Source: a virus (taxonomy: Duplodnaviria; Caudoviricetes). Taken from it: DNA of 34,402 nt. Under the pieces are notes generated by a model. It saw only the letters and a program-made list of their open reading frames with translations, was not told the origin of the DNA and did not search any database. Positions 18,628-27,464 of this stretch are shown piece by piece (position 1 is the first letter of the stretch; the number at the start of each line of letters is the position of its first letter). The translations under genes and the position numbers were made by a program. The stretch covers positions 1 through 34,402 of the IMG/VR virus record IMGVR_UViG_3300043218_000071, one strand, 5' to 3'.

Positions 18628-18933
18628 TTATTTTCCCAGTTCAGCGACCGCGTTAATGTTAAAAATACGGTCTGAAATGTTCATAATCGCCGCCGGGGGG
18701 ATCGTCATAGATTTATCTTTTGACACCTCTCCGTCGATGACGACTTCTTTTATACCTAGCGACATCATCTTCGCGTGGTACTGTGCTGCGGGAAGCTTCT
18801 TTTTTCGTGTGAGTAGTTTTTGAAACTTCACGAAAGTCGTCATTCCGAACACGTGTAATACGAAGACCACATTCCCTTTTATAAAGGGACATGTGTATTC
18901 TTCTGTTAAATCTGTTTGTGGTATGAATTGCAT
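18628..18933 (-). CDS. Tail assembly chaperone (gpG-like)
   Basis: Between tail tube and tape measure; ends in an XXXYYYZ heptamer; AAGGA SD. Confidence 0.8.
   Translation of the reverse strand: MQFIPQTDLTEEYTCPFIKGNVVFVLHVFGMTTFVKFQKLLTRKKKLPAAQYHAKMMSLGIKEVVIDGEVSKDKSMTIPPAAIMNISDRIFNINAVAELGK
18631..18637 (-). other. Programmed -1 ribosomal frameshift site G-GGA-AAA
   Basis: CTG GGA AAA TAA ends the chaperone; -1 reading gives GGG AAA ATA AAA GCA CTC GCG GCC GTG GTC TGT, in frame with 18206..18613. Confidence 0.85.
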
Positions 18934-18956
18934 AATCGGTCCTTTTTTAAGCCTGG

Positions 18957-20141
18957 TTAAATCCAGAGCATTTCCATTTCGTTATTGTTTTCGCCGACAG
19001 GTTCCCATGTGAGATCCTGAAGCATGTTTCCACCCTCTGACGAAGGCTGTGGGTCCACAGAAGTCGCCGCGCGGATGTGCACTACTAATGTGTTCAGAAG
19101 TTCTTTTCCGACTGTGAAAGTCTGGGCGATTTCATTCGCTTCAAAGTAATCCGCTATCATATCGAGCTGTGACTGTGGTGGTGTTAAAATACTGTAATTG
19201 TAGAGGGCCACGCGGTCTTCGATGTACATTCCTTCGAGACCTTCGCACGAATTACCGTCCGGAAGCGGGGTAACTGTGATCCCGTTATCCAGGGCGATCG
19301 ATCCCTGTGGGGTCGGTTTATAGTCGCCATAGAATAAGTTCATACAGTTAAGAAGCCCAGGACGTGTCGTGGTCTTCACTGGGACAGTGTACGGTCCGTC
19401 GACTTGCCATTGCTTCACTTCGCCGTCGGCATGAATGAGACCGCTTAAAGTTACGTTCAATCGAGCTACGCCGTTAATGTCGCCATTAATCGCCATAGTC
19501 GCCATAGAATTATACATCTTATAAACAAGACCGGCACGTTCACCGCGAGCGGAAAGGCGTTTCCAGTCGTCGTCCTTCAGTGTGTAAAAATATCCCGCGA
19601 TATCTGTGGTCGCAGCTGTTGACGTATACGCCGCGATACCTGTCGAACTTCCGTCGAAAATCTCTCCGCCGATAGACGGGGTTCCGGTTAAAATTTCGAT
19701 CACGACACGGACTTCCCCGACTATCGTTTTCTTAAGAACACGAACAGTCGCGAGAGAGGTCTGTCCGGTCAGTACTTCGTCGAAAGGAAGGTCAGTCGCT
19801 ACGACTCCGGTCAGGGCTAAAGCGTCGCCTCTGCCCCATCCGCACGCCTTTAAAATAGGGTCCGCCGGTGGTAGCTCTCCGTTCGGATAATCTGCTCCGT
19901 GGATCTCATGCGCAAATGTCATTTGTCCAGTTTTTACGCCGACTAATTTCGCAGTTTTTGAGAGGGAACCAGTCGCGACAGCTCGCTCGATTAATTCAGC
20001 CGTCGAAATGAACTCGGAACCGATATCGATCCGGACGTTATCATTCGCTGAAGGGTCTTCGTAGACGTTCGCTTCCCCGACTGACTGCTCTAATAGGAAA
20101 AGCTGCTCTTTACTTGCTAATTTTGGTACTATAACGGCCAT
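18957..20141 (-). CDS. Major tail tube protein
   Basis: Position; P..DPILKACG motif seen in tail tube proteins; beta-rich. Confidence 0.78.
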   Translation of the reverse strand: MAVIVPKLASKEQLFLLEQSVGEANVYEDPSANDNVRIDIGSEFISTAELIERAVATGSLSKTAKLVGVKTGQMTFAHEIHGADYPNGELPPADPILKACGWGRGDALALTGVVATDLPFDEVLTGQTSLATVRVLKKTIVGEVRVVIEILTGTPSIGGEIFDGSSTGIAAYTSTAATTDIAGYFYTLKDDDWKRLSARGERAGLVYKMYNSMATMAINGDINGVARLNVTLSGLIHADGEVKQWQVDGPYTVPVKTTTRPGLLNCMNLFYGDYKPTPQGSIALDNGITVTPLPDGNSCEGLEGMYIEDRVALYNYSILTPPQSQLDMIADYFEANEIAQTFTVGKELLNTLVVHIRAATSVDPQPSSEGGNMLQDLTWEPVGENNNEMEMLWI

Positions 20142-20162
20142 ATTAAGCCCCTTCTTTTTATG

Positions 20163-20618
20163 TTAACACTTTTTTTCCACTCTGAAATTCACAGTAGTCG
20201 TAAAGGCGTTTCCGCCGCATGGTTTCGTATCTCTCGCGATAACGTTTTTTAGGAAGTACATTTCGTCTTCTTCCCAGTCGAACAGGTCCACCCCGTTCGG
20301 CGTAAATTCTAAAAGCTGCTCGTTTTCATCTATCAAATTAATGAACGTTTCCACTTCGGCTTCTGAAGCTGCTTCGATCTCTGTGGTATCTACGAAAAGA
20401 ACAGTCGCGATCCCTATGGTCATAGATTTCGAGCGCCCCCCGGCTACCTGTGTAAGTGGTCCTTTTCCCGTTCTCCCCTGTTGCACAACAGCGACAGGGA
20501 ACTCGTTTCGGGGTATCGTCGCCATTTCTGTGTTCTGGTATTCCATCGGGGTCATAACTTTATTATAACCATTCGCCAGGAGCATATCTTTAATACCTTG
20601 TATAATCGTATTTCGCAT
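20163..20618 (-). CDS. Tail terminator / tail completion protein
   Basis: MRNTIIQGIKDML...FPVAVV pattern; directly upstream of the tube gene. Confidence 0.65.
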   Translation of the reverse strand: MRNTIIQGIKDMLLANGYNKVMTPMEYQNTEMATIPRNEFPVAVVQQGRTGKGPLTQVAGGRSKSMTIGIATVLFVDTTEIEAASEAEVETFINLIDENEQLLEFTPNGVDLFDWEEDEMYFLKNVIARDTKPCGGNAFTTTVNFRVEKKC

Positions 20619-20622
20619 TCTT

Positions 20623-21057
20623 TTACCCTCTAAAAACCGGTATAATTACAGAGCTTCCGGTCGCACCCTGTCCGATTCCCTTAATCATTTCAGGGGTTAT
20701 CGCGTCCAGGAGAACGTCGGCTTTTTTGCAAAATGACGTTTCTTTTGACGCCCATTTGTCGGTCGGCTGCGTTTGGTTGCCGTAACCTGGGGCGGGAGTG
20801 CTCGTTTTGTTATCTGTGGCGACTTCACACATGGAATAATACTTCAGATACCGGAGAATCTTTTTATTAATCGGGGAGGCGACATCGGCTTCGTCGACTT
20901 CGTTCTCTTCCACTAGTTCAGCGAACCGGTCGTCCACTAGTTTTAAATACCTGTTTTGGGTCTCTCCCAGGCCGTCAGGGTCTATATTTTCCATGAAAGG
21001 ACGAACGGCGCGGTCGGTATAGTCTTTCGGTGCGAGAATGTCGGTAGGTAGTGCCAT
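20623..21057 (-). CDS. Head-tail adaptor protein
   Basis: Helical 144-aa protein with a C-terminal beta tail ending in FRG; neck-region position. Confidence 0.55.
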   Translation of the reverse strand: MALPTDILAPKDYTDRAVRPFMENIDPDGLGETQNRYLKLVDDRFAELVEENEVDEADVASPINKKILRYLKYYSMCEVATDNKTSTPAPGYGNQTQPTDKWASKETSFCKKADVLLDAITPEMIKGIGQGATGSSVIIPVFRG

Positions 21058-21075
21058 GTTATTTATCTCCCGGTA

Positions 21076-21483
21076 TTACTTAGTAATGATCTCGACTAAA
21101 GTTTTTCTGTACTTCTTTAAAAATTCGGATCTTTTTGTTTTATATGCTTCAAATATAAACGGATCGCCCTTTCCGTCGTTCCAGTAAATAGTATTACCTG
21201 TTCTGGGGTCAGGTCGTGAACCTAGATAAACCCAGGGTCCGTATATTACCCCGGCGGGTCCTTCTGTAGGAATGAATATCGATAAAGAGTTCCCTTTGAC
21301 TTCAATCTCTGGGGAGCTTTCCAGGATACCTTCCTGTCGTTCGTGAACATGAACCTGTTTAGACTGTGTTATAATTATAGAGGCGGCTGTCGCGAGCGCG
21401 AGTTCGTTCGCTTTTGTAATGCTACGGTCTGAAAACTTTGCTAGCAATGCTTCCAGGTCCGTAACTTTAAATTTAGCCGCCAT
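21076..21483 (-). CDS. HK97 gp10-like neck / tail completion protein
   Basis: G.LE.S, YGPWVYLG, PFIFEAY motifs. Confidence 0.6.
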   Translation of the reverse strand: MAAKFKVTDLEALLAKFSDRSITKANELALATAASIIITQSKQVHVHERQEGILESSPEIEVKGNSLSIFIPTEGPAGVIYGPWVYLGSRPDPRTGNTIYWNDGKGDPFIFEAYKTKRSEFLKKYRKTLVEIITK

Positions 21484-21500
21484 ATAATTAATTCTTTAGC

Positions 21501-22433
21501 TTACGAAGCCGCCGAAATAACTGTGATCATAGCCGGACGTAAAACGATCTTGTATTCGAAGAACATTTTATACGCTGCGTAGAACTGAGACCCCGACAAA
21601 TCCGTCGGAATCGGGTTCGCGATAAGCGTTTCCTGTTTATCGTCAGCTTTACCATAAGCATTCACACCGAAAATATGTGTTTGATATGTGTCGACTGTTC
21701 CCACGTTCGCCGTGATAGTCGCCTGTTGATTCTTGACATAACGGATACCGTTCAGCGCACCCACTTCGCCCTTGATAAGCGCCTGGGGGTCTGCGTATTT
21801 CTTCGCGTCGATCCACTTCGCGTCGTCCTGAAGGTCTTCGATAACGTCATTATGCGCCAGGGCGAAGAAGAACTGTCCGTCGAACTCTTCAGCGTCGTTA
21901 TTAACTAACTGTTGACGGGCCTTCTTACCCAGTGCAGCCGTGAATATGTCTGTGTCTGTGATGTCGTCGATATCGATCGCGCCGGTATCGATCACAAGTC
22001 CCGAATCCGCTTGGATAGCAAAACCACCCGCTGAAGCTGTGTTCAGGTCCAGGGCTTGCGTAGCTCTGCGTCCTTTTACACGTCCCGCAGTACGTCCAAC
22101 ATTACCCGCCGCAGCGACGTTAATCTGACCGTCGGTCACGATCTCAGTCTCTTCGGTAAATGACACACCGTCAGTCTCTTTTACAGGGTTAAACTCTACG
22201 GCGCCCGCTTCTTGCTTCTGGAGTTCGGCTGCTAAAAGCGGGGCCTCCCCTTTTGCTGTCTCTGATACTGCCATGTTGTTGAATATCGATAAACGCCACG
22301 AACCCTTCGCACCTTTTTTAGAGATTGAAGCGAACTGGTCAGCGATCGCATGGAGCGCCAATTCGTAAAGGAATTTTGTGTCTACGATCTGTAATTTAAC
22401 CGCGTCCATATCTACTGTGGTGGTAATTGCCAT
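21501..22433 (-). CDS. Major capsid protein (HK97 fold, N4-gp56-like family)
   Basis: ALAHNDVIEDLQDD..W...KYA....LIKGEVGALNGIRYV motif; follows the scaffold; AGAGG SD. Confidence 0.88.
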   Translation of the reverse strand: MAITTTVDMDAVKLQIVDTKFLYELALHAIADQFASISKKGAKGSWRLSIFNNMAVSETAKGEAPLLAAELQKQEAGAVEFNPVKETDGVSFTEETEIVTDGQINVAAAGNVGRTAGRVKGRRATQALDLNTASAGGFAIQADSGLVIDTGAIDIDDITDTDIFTAALGKKARQQLVNNDAEEFDGQFFFALAHNDVIEDLQDDAKWIDAKKYADPQALIKGEVGALNGIRYVKNQQATITANVGTVDTYQTHIFGVNAYGKADDKQETLIANPIPTDLSGSQFYAAYKMFFEYKIVLRPAMITVISAAS

Positions 22434-22445
22434 TTTTAATACCTC

Positions 22446-23126
22446 TTAATAAGTGTTTTCTAGTTTTTTCATTTCGGCCGGCGTAACGTGCTGACCAGAT
22501 TTAAGTTTTGCTTGGATGGCCGCGGCTTGTTCTTTAGCATCTTTGGCGACTTGTTTGTCGACTTTAGATTCTACGCCTTTTTTAACGAAACCACTAGATA
22601 CCAAATGCGGGCGGGTTTTCAAGAATTCTTCAGCAAATTCGCCATAATTTATGTCGTCTTTACCATTCAACTTAGGGAGCGCAATTTCCAGAGCGTCTTC
22701 CAGTTGTTCCCCGGTGACGTCTTTCAATGCGAGGGCCTTCGTTAGTTCAGCACTCTTTAATGCGAAAGCTTCGGCCGCTTTTGTTTTAACGCCTGAAGTT
22801 TCCATGGTTGTGATCTTACCTTCGAGAACTGTCTGCTTTGCTAATAGCGCCGCGTACTCTTCGGAGGAAGTTTCCCCACTTTTAACCGCTTTTTTTGCTT
22901 CAGCTTTGACCGCTTCGAGTCTTTCGACTATCTGCGTTTCGGAAAGTTCTTCCGTGTCTTCACCGACTAGTTTTTTAACAGTATATTTAAACTTCTTTTT
23001 TTCGTCCAGGATCTTATCGTGTTTTAACGTGATAGCGTCCTTTTCCGAATTCGCTGTCGCTGTCTCACCCTGAGACTTCTTCAACTGGTCCTCTAAAACT
23101 TTCTGTTCTTCGTCATTTAATGCCAT
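22446..23126 (-). CDS. Capsid scaffolding protein
   Basis: Charged coiled coil; FL..RPHLV motif; immediately upstream of the capsid gene. Confidence 0.8.
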   Translation of the reverse strand: MALNDEEQKVLEDQLKKSQGETATANSEKDAITLKHDKILDEKKKFKYTVKKLVGEDTEELSETQIVERLEAVKAEAKKAVKSGETSSEEYAALLAKQTVLEGKITTMETSGVKTKAAEAFALKSAELTKALALKDVTGEQLEDALEIALPKLNGKDDINYGEFAEEFLKTRPHLVSSGFVKKGVESKVDKQVAKDAKEQAAAIQAKLKSGQHVTPAEMKKLENTY

Positions 23127-23273
23127 AATATTTTATTCCTTCAGTGCTATCGAATCACAAACCCGACAGGTCGGCCACAAGCCTATATGACCAAAATAAC
23201 AATAAAAAGCGTTTCTGAGATAAAAAAACTTCCTGTTCAAAAGGCCCTAAAAATAAAAAACCGTGTAAAACCC

Positions 23274-23302
23274 TTGTTTTTATTAATAAATGTTCGTACG
23301 TT
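23274..23302 (+). promoter_or_regulatory. Putative promoter for the plus-strand cassette
   Basis: TTGTTT, 17-nt spacer, TACGTT in the AT-rich divergent gap. Confidence 0.45.
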
Positions 23303-23331
23303 ATACGTATAAACTTTTTTAATGGAAAAAC

Positions 23332-23643
23332 ATGAAACTTTTAGATTTGCAAACTGAATTGATGCCCGCCACAGGGACCGGGGAAATGGCCTCGATAATA
23401 AACGGGATAATTATCCGACTGAAACAGAAACACCACAGTATGTTCGACGTCGAAGTTCATCAATTCAGTAACGGTGTGAAGGCCTCGAATTCTACGTACA
23501 GCCACACGGTCAAAGGTCACGACGACGCAGCGCTGAAGATCCGGGAAGCCCTCACAGAGCATAAAGTCCCCTGGTCCCAGTTTAAAGAGTATACGAAAAT
23601 ACAGCGGGAACTCCGGTGGAACTCACTACAGAAGGCGGTATAA
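23332..23643 (+). CDS. Hypothetical protein (103 aa)
   Basis: First of a run of tightly coupled plus-strand ORFs; GGAA upstream. Confidence 0.75.
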   Translation: MKLLDLQTELMPATGTGEMASIINGIIIRLKQKHHSMFDVEVHQFSNGVKASNSTYSHTVKGHDDAALKIREALTEHKVPWSQFKEYTKIQRELRWNSLQKAV

Positions 23644-23644
23644 A

Positions 23645-23707
23645 ATGAATGAAACCACAGGGAACGGGGCCGAAATGGACACACGAAAACCTCAATGGGG
23701 CAAATAA
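23645..23707 (+). CDS. Putative 20-aa minigene MNETTGNGAEMDTRKPQWGK
   Basis: ATG 1 nt after the previous stop; its TAA overlaps the ATG at 23707 (TAATG). Confidence 0.45.
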   Translation: MNETTGNGAEMDTRKPQWGK

Positions 23708-23967
23708 TGTCAGGATTAAAATTAAAAGGGAACCAGTTGAAAGTATATGGGGCGCTGTCTGCTGCTCCGAACATGGCCGTACTCGAAACGGTAACGGACC
23801 TTAATCGTAAACAGATCGAGGACGCGATCCGGGGACTACGGGCGAAGGGCGTCCAGGTAATAAGTAACTGTTTTAAAATCCGGATCGTTAAAAAGCGTCC
23901 GGAAACAGAAGACGAAAAAAACTGTGAAATATGTGACGCGTACGAATGCGTCGGGAGCTTCAAATGA
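23695..23967 (+). CDS. Putative HTH protein (start may be 23707)
   Basis: QLKVYGAL...VLETVTDLNRKQIEDAIRGLRAKGV resembles a wHTH; C-terminal CxxC. Confidence 0.55.
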   Translation: MGQIMSGLKLKGNQLKVYGALSAAPNMAVLETVTDLNRKQIEDAIRGLRAKGVQVISNCFKIRIVKKRPETEDEKNCEICDAYECVGSFK

Positions 23968-24323
23968 AAATTCTAAAATTATTGTTAAAGAAGTTCGGGG
24001 AATTCATGTGTATCGCGCAGCCGGAAGGGACACAGACCCGCGGATATAATGTGTCTGGGGACGCCTGGGACGCGTTTCTTATGGCCGGTCGTAGGTTGTC
24101 GAACTTTACCAAAGAGACGGGGCCGGACTCCCGTGCTTCCGAAAATGCGCTTCCGAAGGAACGGATCTACTTCAGCGATAAAGCAAAAGTGGACAAATTA
24201 CACTCCTATCTCGCGGGCGTAATCAGTGACGCGTTCGAGGCGAAAAGCGCGTTCGACCGGAGCCGTGTTCTATACACACACGCCGAAGCGATCGTCGAAT
24301 TAACGAAAGACTGGGAGGGGTAG
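23964..24323 (+). CDS. Hypothetical protein
   Basis: ATGA overlap at 23964-23967 with a GGGAG SD is a better start than the track's 23946. Confidence 0.7.
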   Translation: MKILKLLLKKFGEFMCIAQPEGTQTRGYNVSGDAWDAFLMAGRRLSNFTKETGPDSRASENALPKERIYFSDKAKVDKLHSYLAGVISDAFEAKSAFDRSRVLYTHAEAIVELTKDWEG

Positions 24324-24325
24324 AA

Positions 24326-24595
24326 ATGGAGTACAGCACGTTTAAAAAGATCATCCCGGATTCGATACCACATGACATTTTGGAGTGTTTAGACCAGTTC
24401 ACCTTCTTCAAAACCGTCGCTTTTATCTCTGGGTACACCGGGCATTCTGTATCGAGCACACACCGGGCGCTCTTAAGATTACAAAAGGCCGAAGCTGTCG
24501 TGTGTCGAAAGTTCTCCCAGGGGAAACAGCACACATACGGAATAGGTCAGGTTTTACGAACAATAACCAAAGATGATAAAGACTGGGAGGTCTAA
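24326..24595 (+). CDS. Putative winged-helix DNA-binding protein (89 aa)
   Basis: ILECL...TVAFISGYTGHSVSSTHRALLRLQKAEAV...HTYG pattern; GGAGG SD. Confidence 0.65.
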   Translation: MEYSTFKKIIPDSIPHDILECLDQFTFFKTVAFISGYTGHSVSSTHRALLRLQKAEAVVCRKFSQGKQHTYGIGQVLRTITKDDKDWEV

Positions 24596-24597
24596 AA

Positions 24598-24966
24598 ATG
24601 AAAACACTATTAACCATATTAATCGCAATAACACTTTTTAACTGTTCTGAACAGTTCGCGTCCCCGACTATCGAAGGCGGAGACCCATCGGACCCGCTGC
24701 ACTTGTATTCCGGGACGTATACTGTCGATAACTCGAACCCGGTGATACTTGTCACTATATCCGGATCTGTGATCCACTATAACGACGTATACATTAGGAT
24801 CGTTCAATCTGACGACCGCGGGGGAGGTTGTATCTACGCAGCCACGGCGAATTATACTTCTCAATTGTCCCTCTGTTCCGAAGGGCCTTCAAAACTCGAA
24901 ATATATATCGATGATTCCGAGGCCGAAAATATGATGGTTATGCACTTGACCAGGTATGTCGATTAA
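24598..24966 (+). CDS. Putative lipoprotein (122 aa)
   Basis: MK + hydrophobic h-region + LFN-C lipobox-like site; beta-rich mature part; GGAGG SD. Confidence 0.7.
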   Translation: MKTLLTILIAITLFNCSEQFASPTIEGGDPSDPLHLYSGTYTVDNSNPVILVTISGSVIHYNDVYIRIVQSDDRGGGCIYAATANYTSQLSLCSEGPSKLEIYIDDSEAENMMVMHLTRYVD

Positions 24967-26039
24967 GCAGCAATTCCGAGCTTTTGTCGGATCGTTTCTT
25001 CCTTAAGATTCTGTATTTTGGGCGGTTTATTATGCGTAATTTTCCGCCCTTCTTTTTTCGAAATCTCGTTTAGTCGGTCGATTTCAGCCTGAACACTCTT
25101 CGTATACCGCTCCTGTGTTATCGGCTTCGCTTTTTCTACTCTGAACTCGTATGTATTATTGCAGTAACACCGTGTGTGGTGTGTAGCGATTGACGCGCTT
25201 TCCATGGGTAAATACCCTTCATTCGCGATCGCCTGGCATTGGTTACACGTCCGGGGGCCACTGGGGAGGGATTTTATATGTGTCATTCCGCGATCGACGG
25301 CCCTCTGGTTCTTAACGTCATTTATCGCGTTAATAACTTCCGACTGTGTCAGGTTCGTCGACAGGTAATTCGTCCGGGCTGCGATCGCTTTGGTTGCCGC
25401 CTGGTCGACCTTCTCGTTCAGGTTTATCGCATCGATTAAATTCTCGTAATTCTTCCGAAGGCGTGGGGTCTTAATTTTCGACACCTGGTTCCGGACTCTT
25501 TTGATCTCAGCCGGGGAAACACTCTCCCCCAGGACACGCTTTTTCCGGAGGTCTTCGAGGAAGTTCGGAAGTTTCTCCGGGAAATTTGCGTTTTTGTTAA
25601 TGTCGCGAGCGATGTTCGCCACGGTTCGACCTTCATTCAGGCCCTTTTTAAGGATCGCCTTTTGTGCCTTTACGATCTCGATATTATTGTCCCGGATCTT
25701 AGTCGACAGGACGCGCTTATCGTTCGCGACGTCTGTGAAGAGATTCGTCCGTAACATGCGTTTTTCATAATCCGGTTTAGTGGTCAACAGGACAGGCTCG
25801 ACATAGGAGTTCGCGATTATCACGTCCACAGTCTTTTCGAACAGTAGGGGTTCGTAATTCACTTCGACCAGGGCTTCGTCCCACGCTTTGAAAAGTCGCC
25901 TCTGAGCTTTCCGGAGGTCTTCTTCACTCGCGATCGTATCTTTAAAAACGCCGTTAACTAGGTCCCACATATCGGAGACCTTTTTCGAGTTCCACCGTTC
26001 CAGTTTCTCGATTTCTAGGAATGCGCTCTCGCGAGACAT
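24963..26039 (-). CDS. Head morphogenesis / minor capsid protein (SPP1 gp7, Mu F-like)
   Basis: Follows the portal; RTCNQC...HHTRCYC C-terminal motif. Confidence 0.8.
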   Translation of the reverse strand: MSRESAFLEIEKLERWNSKKVSDMWDLVNGVFKDTIASEEDLRKAQRRLFKAWDEALVEVNYEPLLFEKTVDVIIANSYVEPVLLTTKPDYEKRMLRTNLFTDVANDKRVLSTKIRDNNIEIVKAQKAILKKGLNEGRTVANIARDINKNANFPEKLPNFLEDLRKKRVLGESVSPAEIKRVRNQVSKIKTPRLRKNYENLIDAINLNEKVDQAATKAIAARTNYLSTNLTQSEVINAINDVKNQRAVDRGMTHIKSLPSGPRTCNQCQAIANEGYLPMESASIATHHTRCYCNNTYEFRVEKAKPITQERYTKSVQAEIDRLNEISKKEGRKITHNKPPKIQNLKEETIRQKLGIAA

Positions 26040-27463
26040 TACTTTTCGTCGTCCGGAGCGGGGTTCACTTTATCGCCTGGTTTTTCTGTGCAAAATTCGC
26101 TATTCAGGGCGGATTTAAGTTCGTCCTGGAATGCCTTGTCCTCGTATGCTGCGGCCTCGACTATCTTCTCGATAACCTTCAATTTGAACGCGTCTGGCAT
26201 GATTTCAGGAGCCAATTCGAGAATACTTCTCCACTGTTCTATAAATAGATCGATCGTGAGGGACTGAAAAGTCTTGTCATACTGGACGTCATACTCTTCG
26301 TTCTTCCGTGTCCATACTGGGAACGCGACATTATAGATCCATTCTTCCAGGTCTTCAGCACGGATCGCGGTCATTTTCAGAGCTTCGATTCTGCGTTTAT
26401 CCGCCTGGACCCGCGCCTGTTCTGAAGAATTCGAGGCGATAAAAAGAGTACTGTTTAATTCTTCCTGGATAGACTTTTTAAGTTCCAGGTATTCTTCGAT
26501 CATAACTCGCAAGTGGTCCACGGCCGGCGTGATGTATGCGGGCATGTTTGTCGATTCGAGAGGGACTTTTATAGCGTTCCCGGCCGATGATATCAATTCG
26601 TTAATATCGCCGTCTGTGGGTATCCCCAGGAGAGCAAAGCAAGTTTTATAAAATCCCTCGATTGTGTATGAAAGGATGTTCATTCGTAAATGCGACATTT
26701 GGGCGACTGTGATATATCGCGATTTCGGGAGACGTGTTTCGTCATATCTGTCGTTTGACTCGATAGCTGTTACCGGGAACCCTTCCAGGTCGACCCGTGA
26801 GTCCGAGATAATTTCCCCGTCTTTATCTTCTCGCCATGCGGCCGCTGTGTCGTCGTCATGCTTGTCCCAAACTCTGTAAATCGGATCGCCTTCCGCGTCG
26901 TAATCTTCTACATATTTTATCTGTTTAAGGCCGCCCAGGGAGTCGAGCAAATATTCTTCCCCGACGTCCTCCGCGCGAACTTTCATAGCATAGGGGAGGT
27001 TCGCCCGGACCGCCAGGTCTAACTTTGAAGCGGGCGTCCTCTCTTTGGTGCATACGATAACAAAATTGTACCCTGACCACTGGGCTTCGTTCAATACTTT
27101 CTCTGTAAATTTCTCTATGGGAACGCCGGTCCTGGTAATGTCTTTATACGTGGCGTTCGCGATAGTTCCTTCGGCTTCAGTGATTGGAAGCTCCCCGACA
27201 GTACGTACCGCCGGTTTAGTGAAGGCCGGCGTCACCTGGGAGTCGACTTCAGGGCGAAGAATGTTCTCATACGCGACTTTACCCCTTCTATATGCCAGGG
27301 CGTCGACCTCTTCCTTCGGGAATTTGTCGACAGCTGTTCTATCTTCGAACATGCCTCCGGAATAGTACGCCATTTTAACTAGCGTCAACGGGGAAACGTC
27401 GTCCATAGACGAATTCGAGGAACCTGTGTCTGTTGTTTCGCATTCCGATAAATCTTGTGACAT
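26039..27463 (-). CDS. Portal protein
   Basis: 474 aa directly after the terminase; Y..R....YENI N-terminal pattern; helical C-terminus. Confidence 0.85.
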   Translation of the reverse strand: MSQDLSECETTDTGSSNSSMDDVSPLTLVKMAYYSGGMFEDRTAVDKFPKEEVDALAYRRGKVAYENILRPEVDSQVTPAFTKPAVRTVGELPITEAEGTIANATYKDITRTGVPIEKFTEKVLNEAQWSGYNFVIVCTKERTPASKLDLAVRANLPYAMKVRAEDVGEEYLLDSLGGLKQIKYVEDYDAEGDPIYRVWDKHDDDTAAAWREDKDGEIISDSRVDLEGFPVTAIESNDRYDETRLPKSRYITVAQMSHLRMNILSYTIEGFYKTCFALLGIPTDGDINELISSAGNAIKVPLESTNMPAYITPAVDHLRVMIEEYLELKKSIQEELNSTLFIASNSSEQARVQADKRRIEALKMTAIRAEDLEEWIYNVAFPVWTRKNEEYDVQYDKTFQSLTIDLFIEQWRSILELAPEIMPDAFKLKVIEKIVEAAAYEDKAFQDELKSALNSEFCTEKPGDKVNPAPDDEK

Positions 27464-27464
27464 A

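Noticed and set aside
23163-23174. Palindrome CCGAC-AG-GTCGG upstream of the scaffold as a late regulator site
   Set aside because: Single short copy; no second instance noticed at other late intergenic regions
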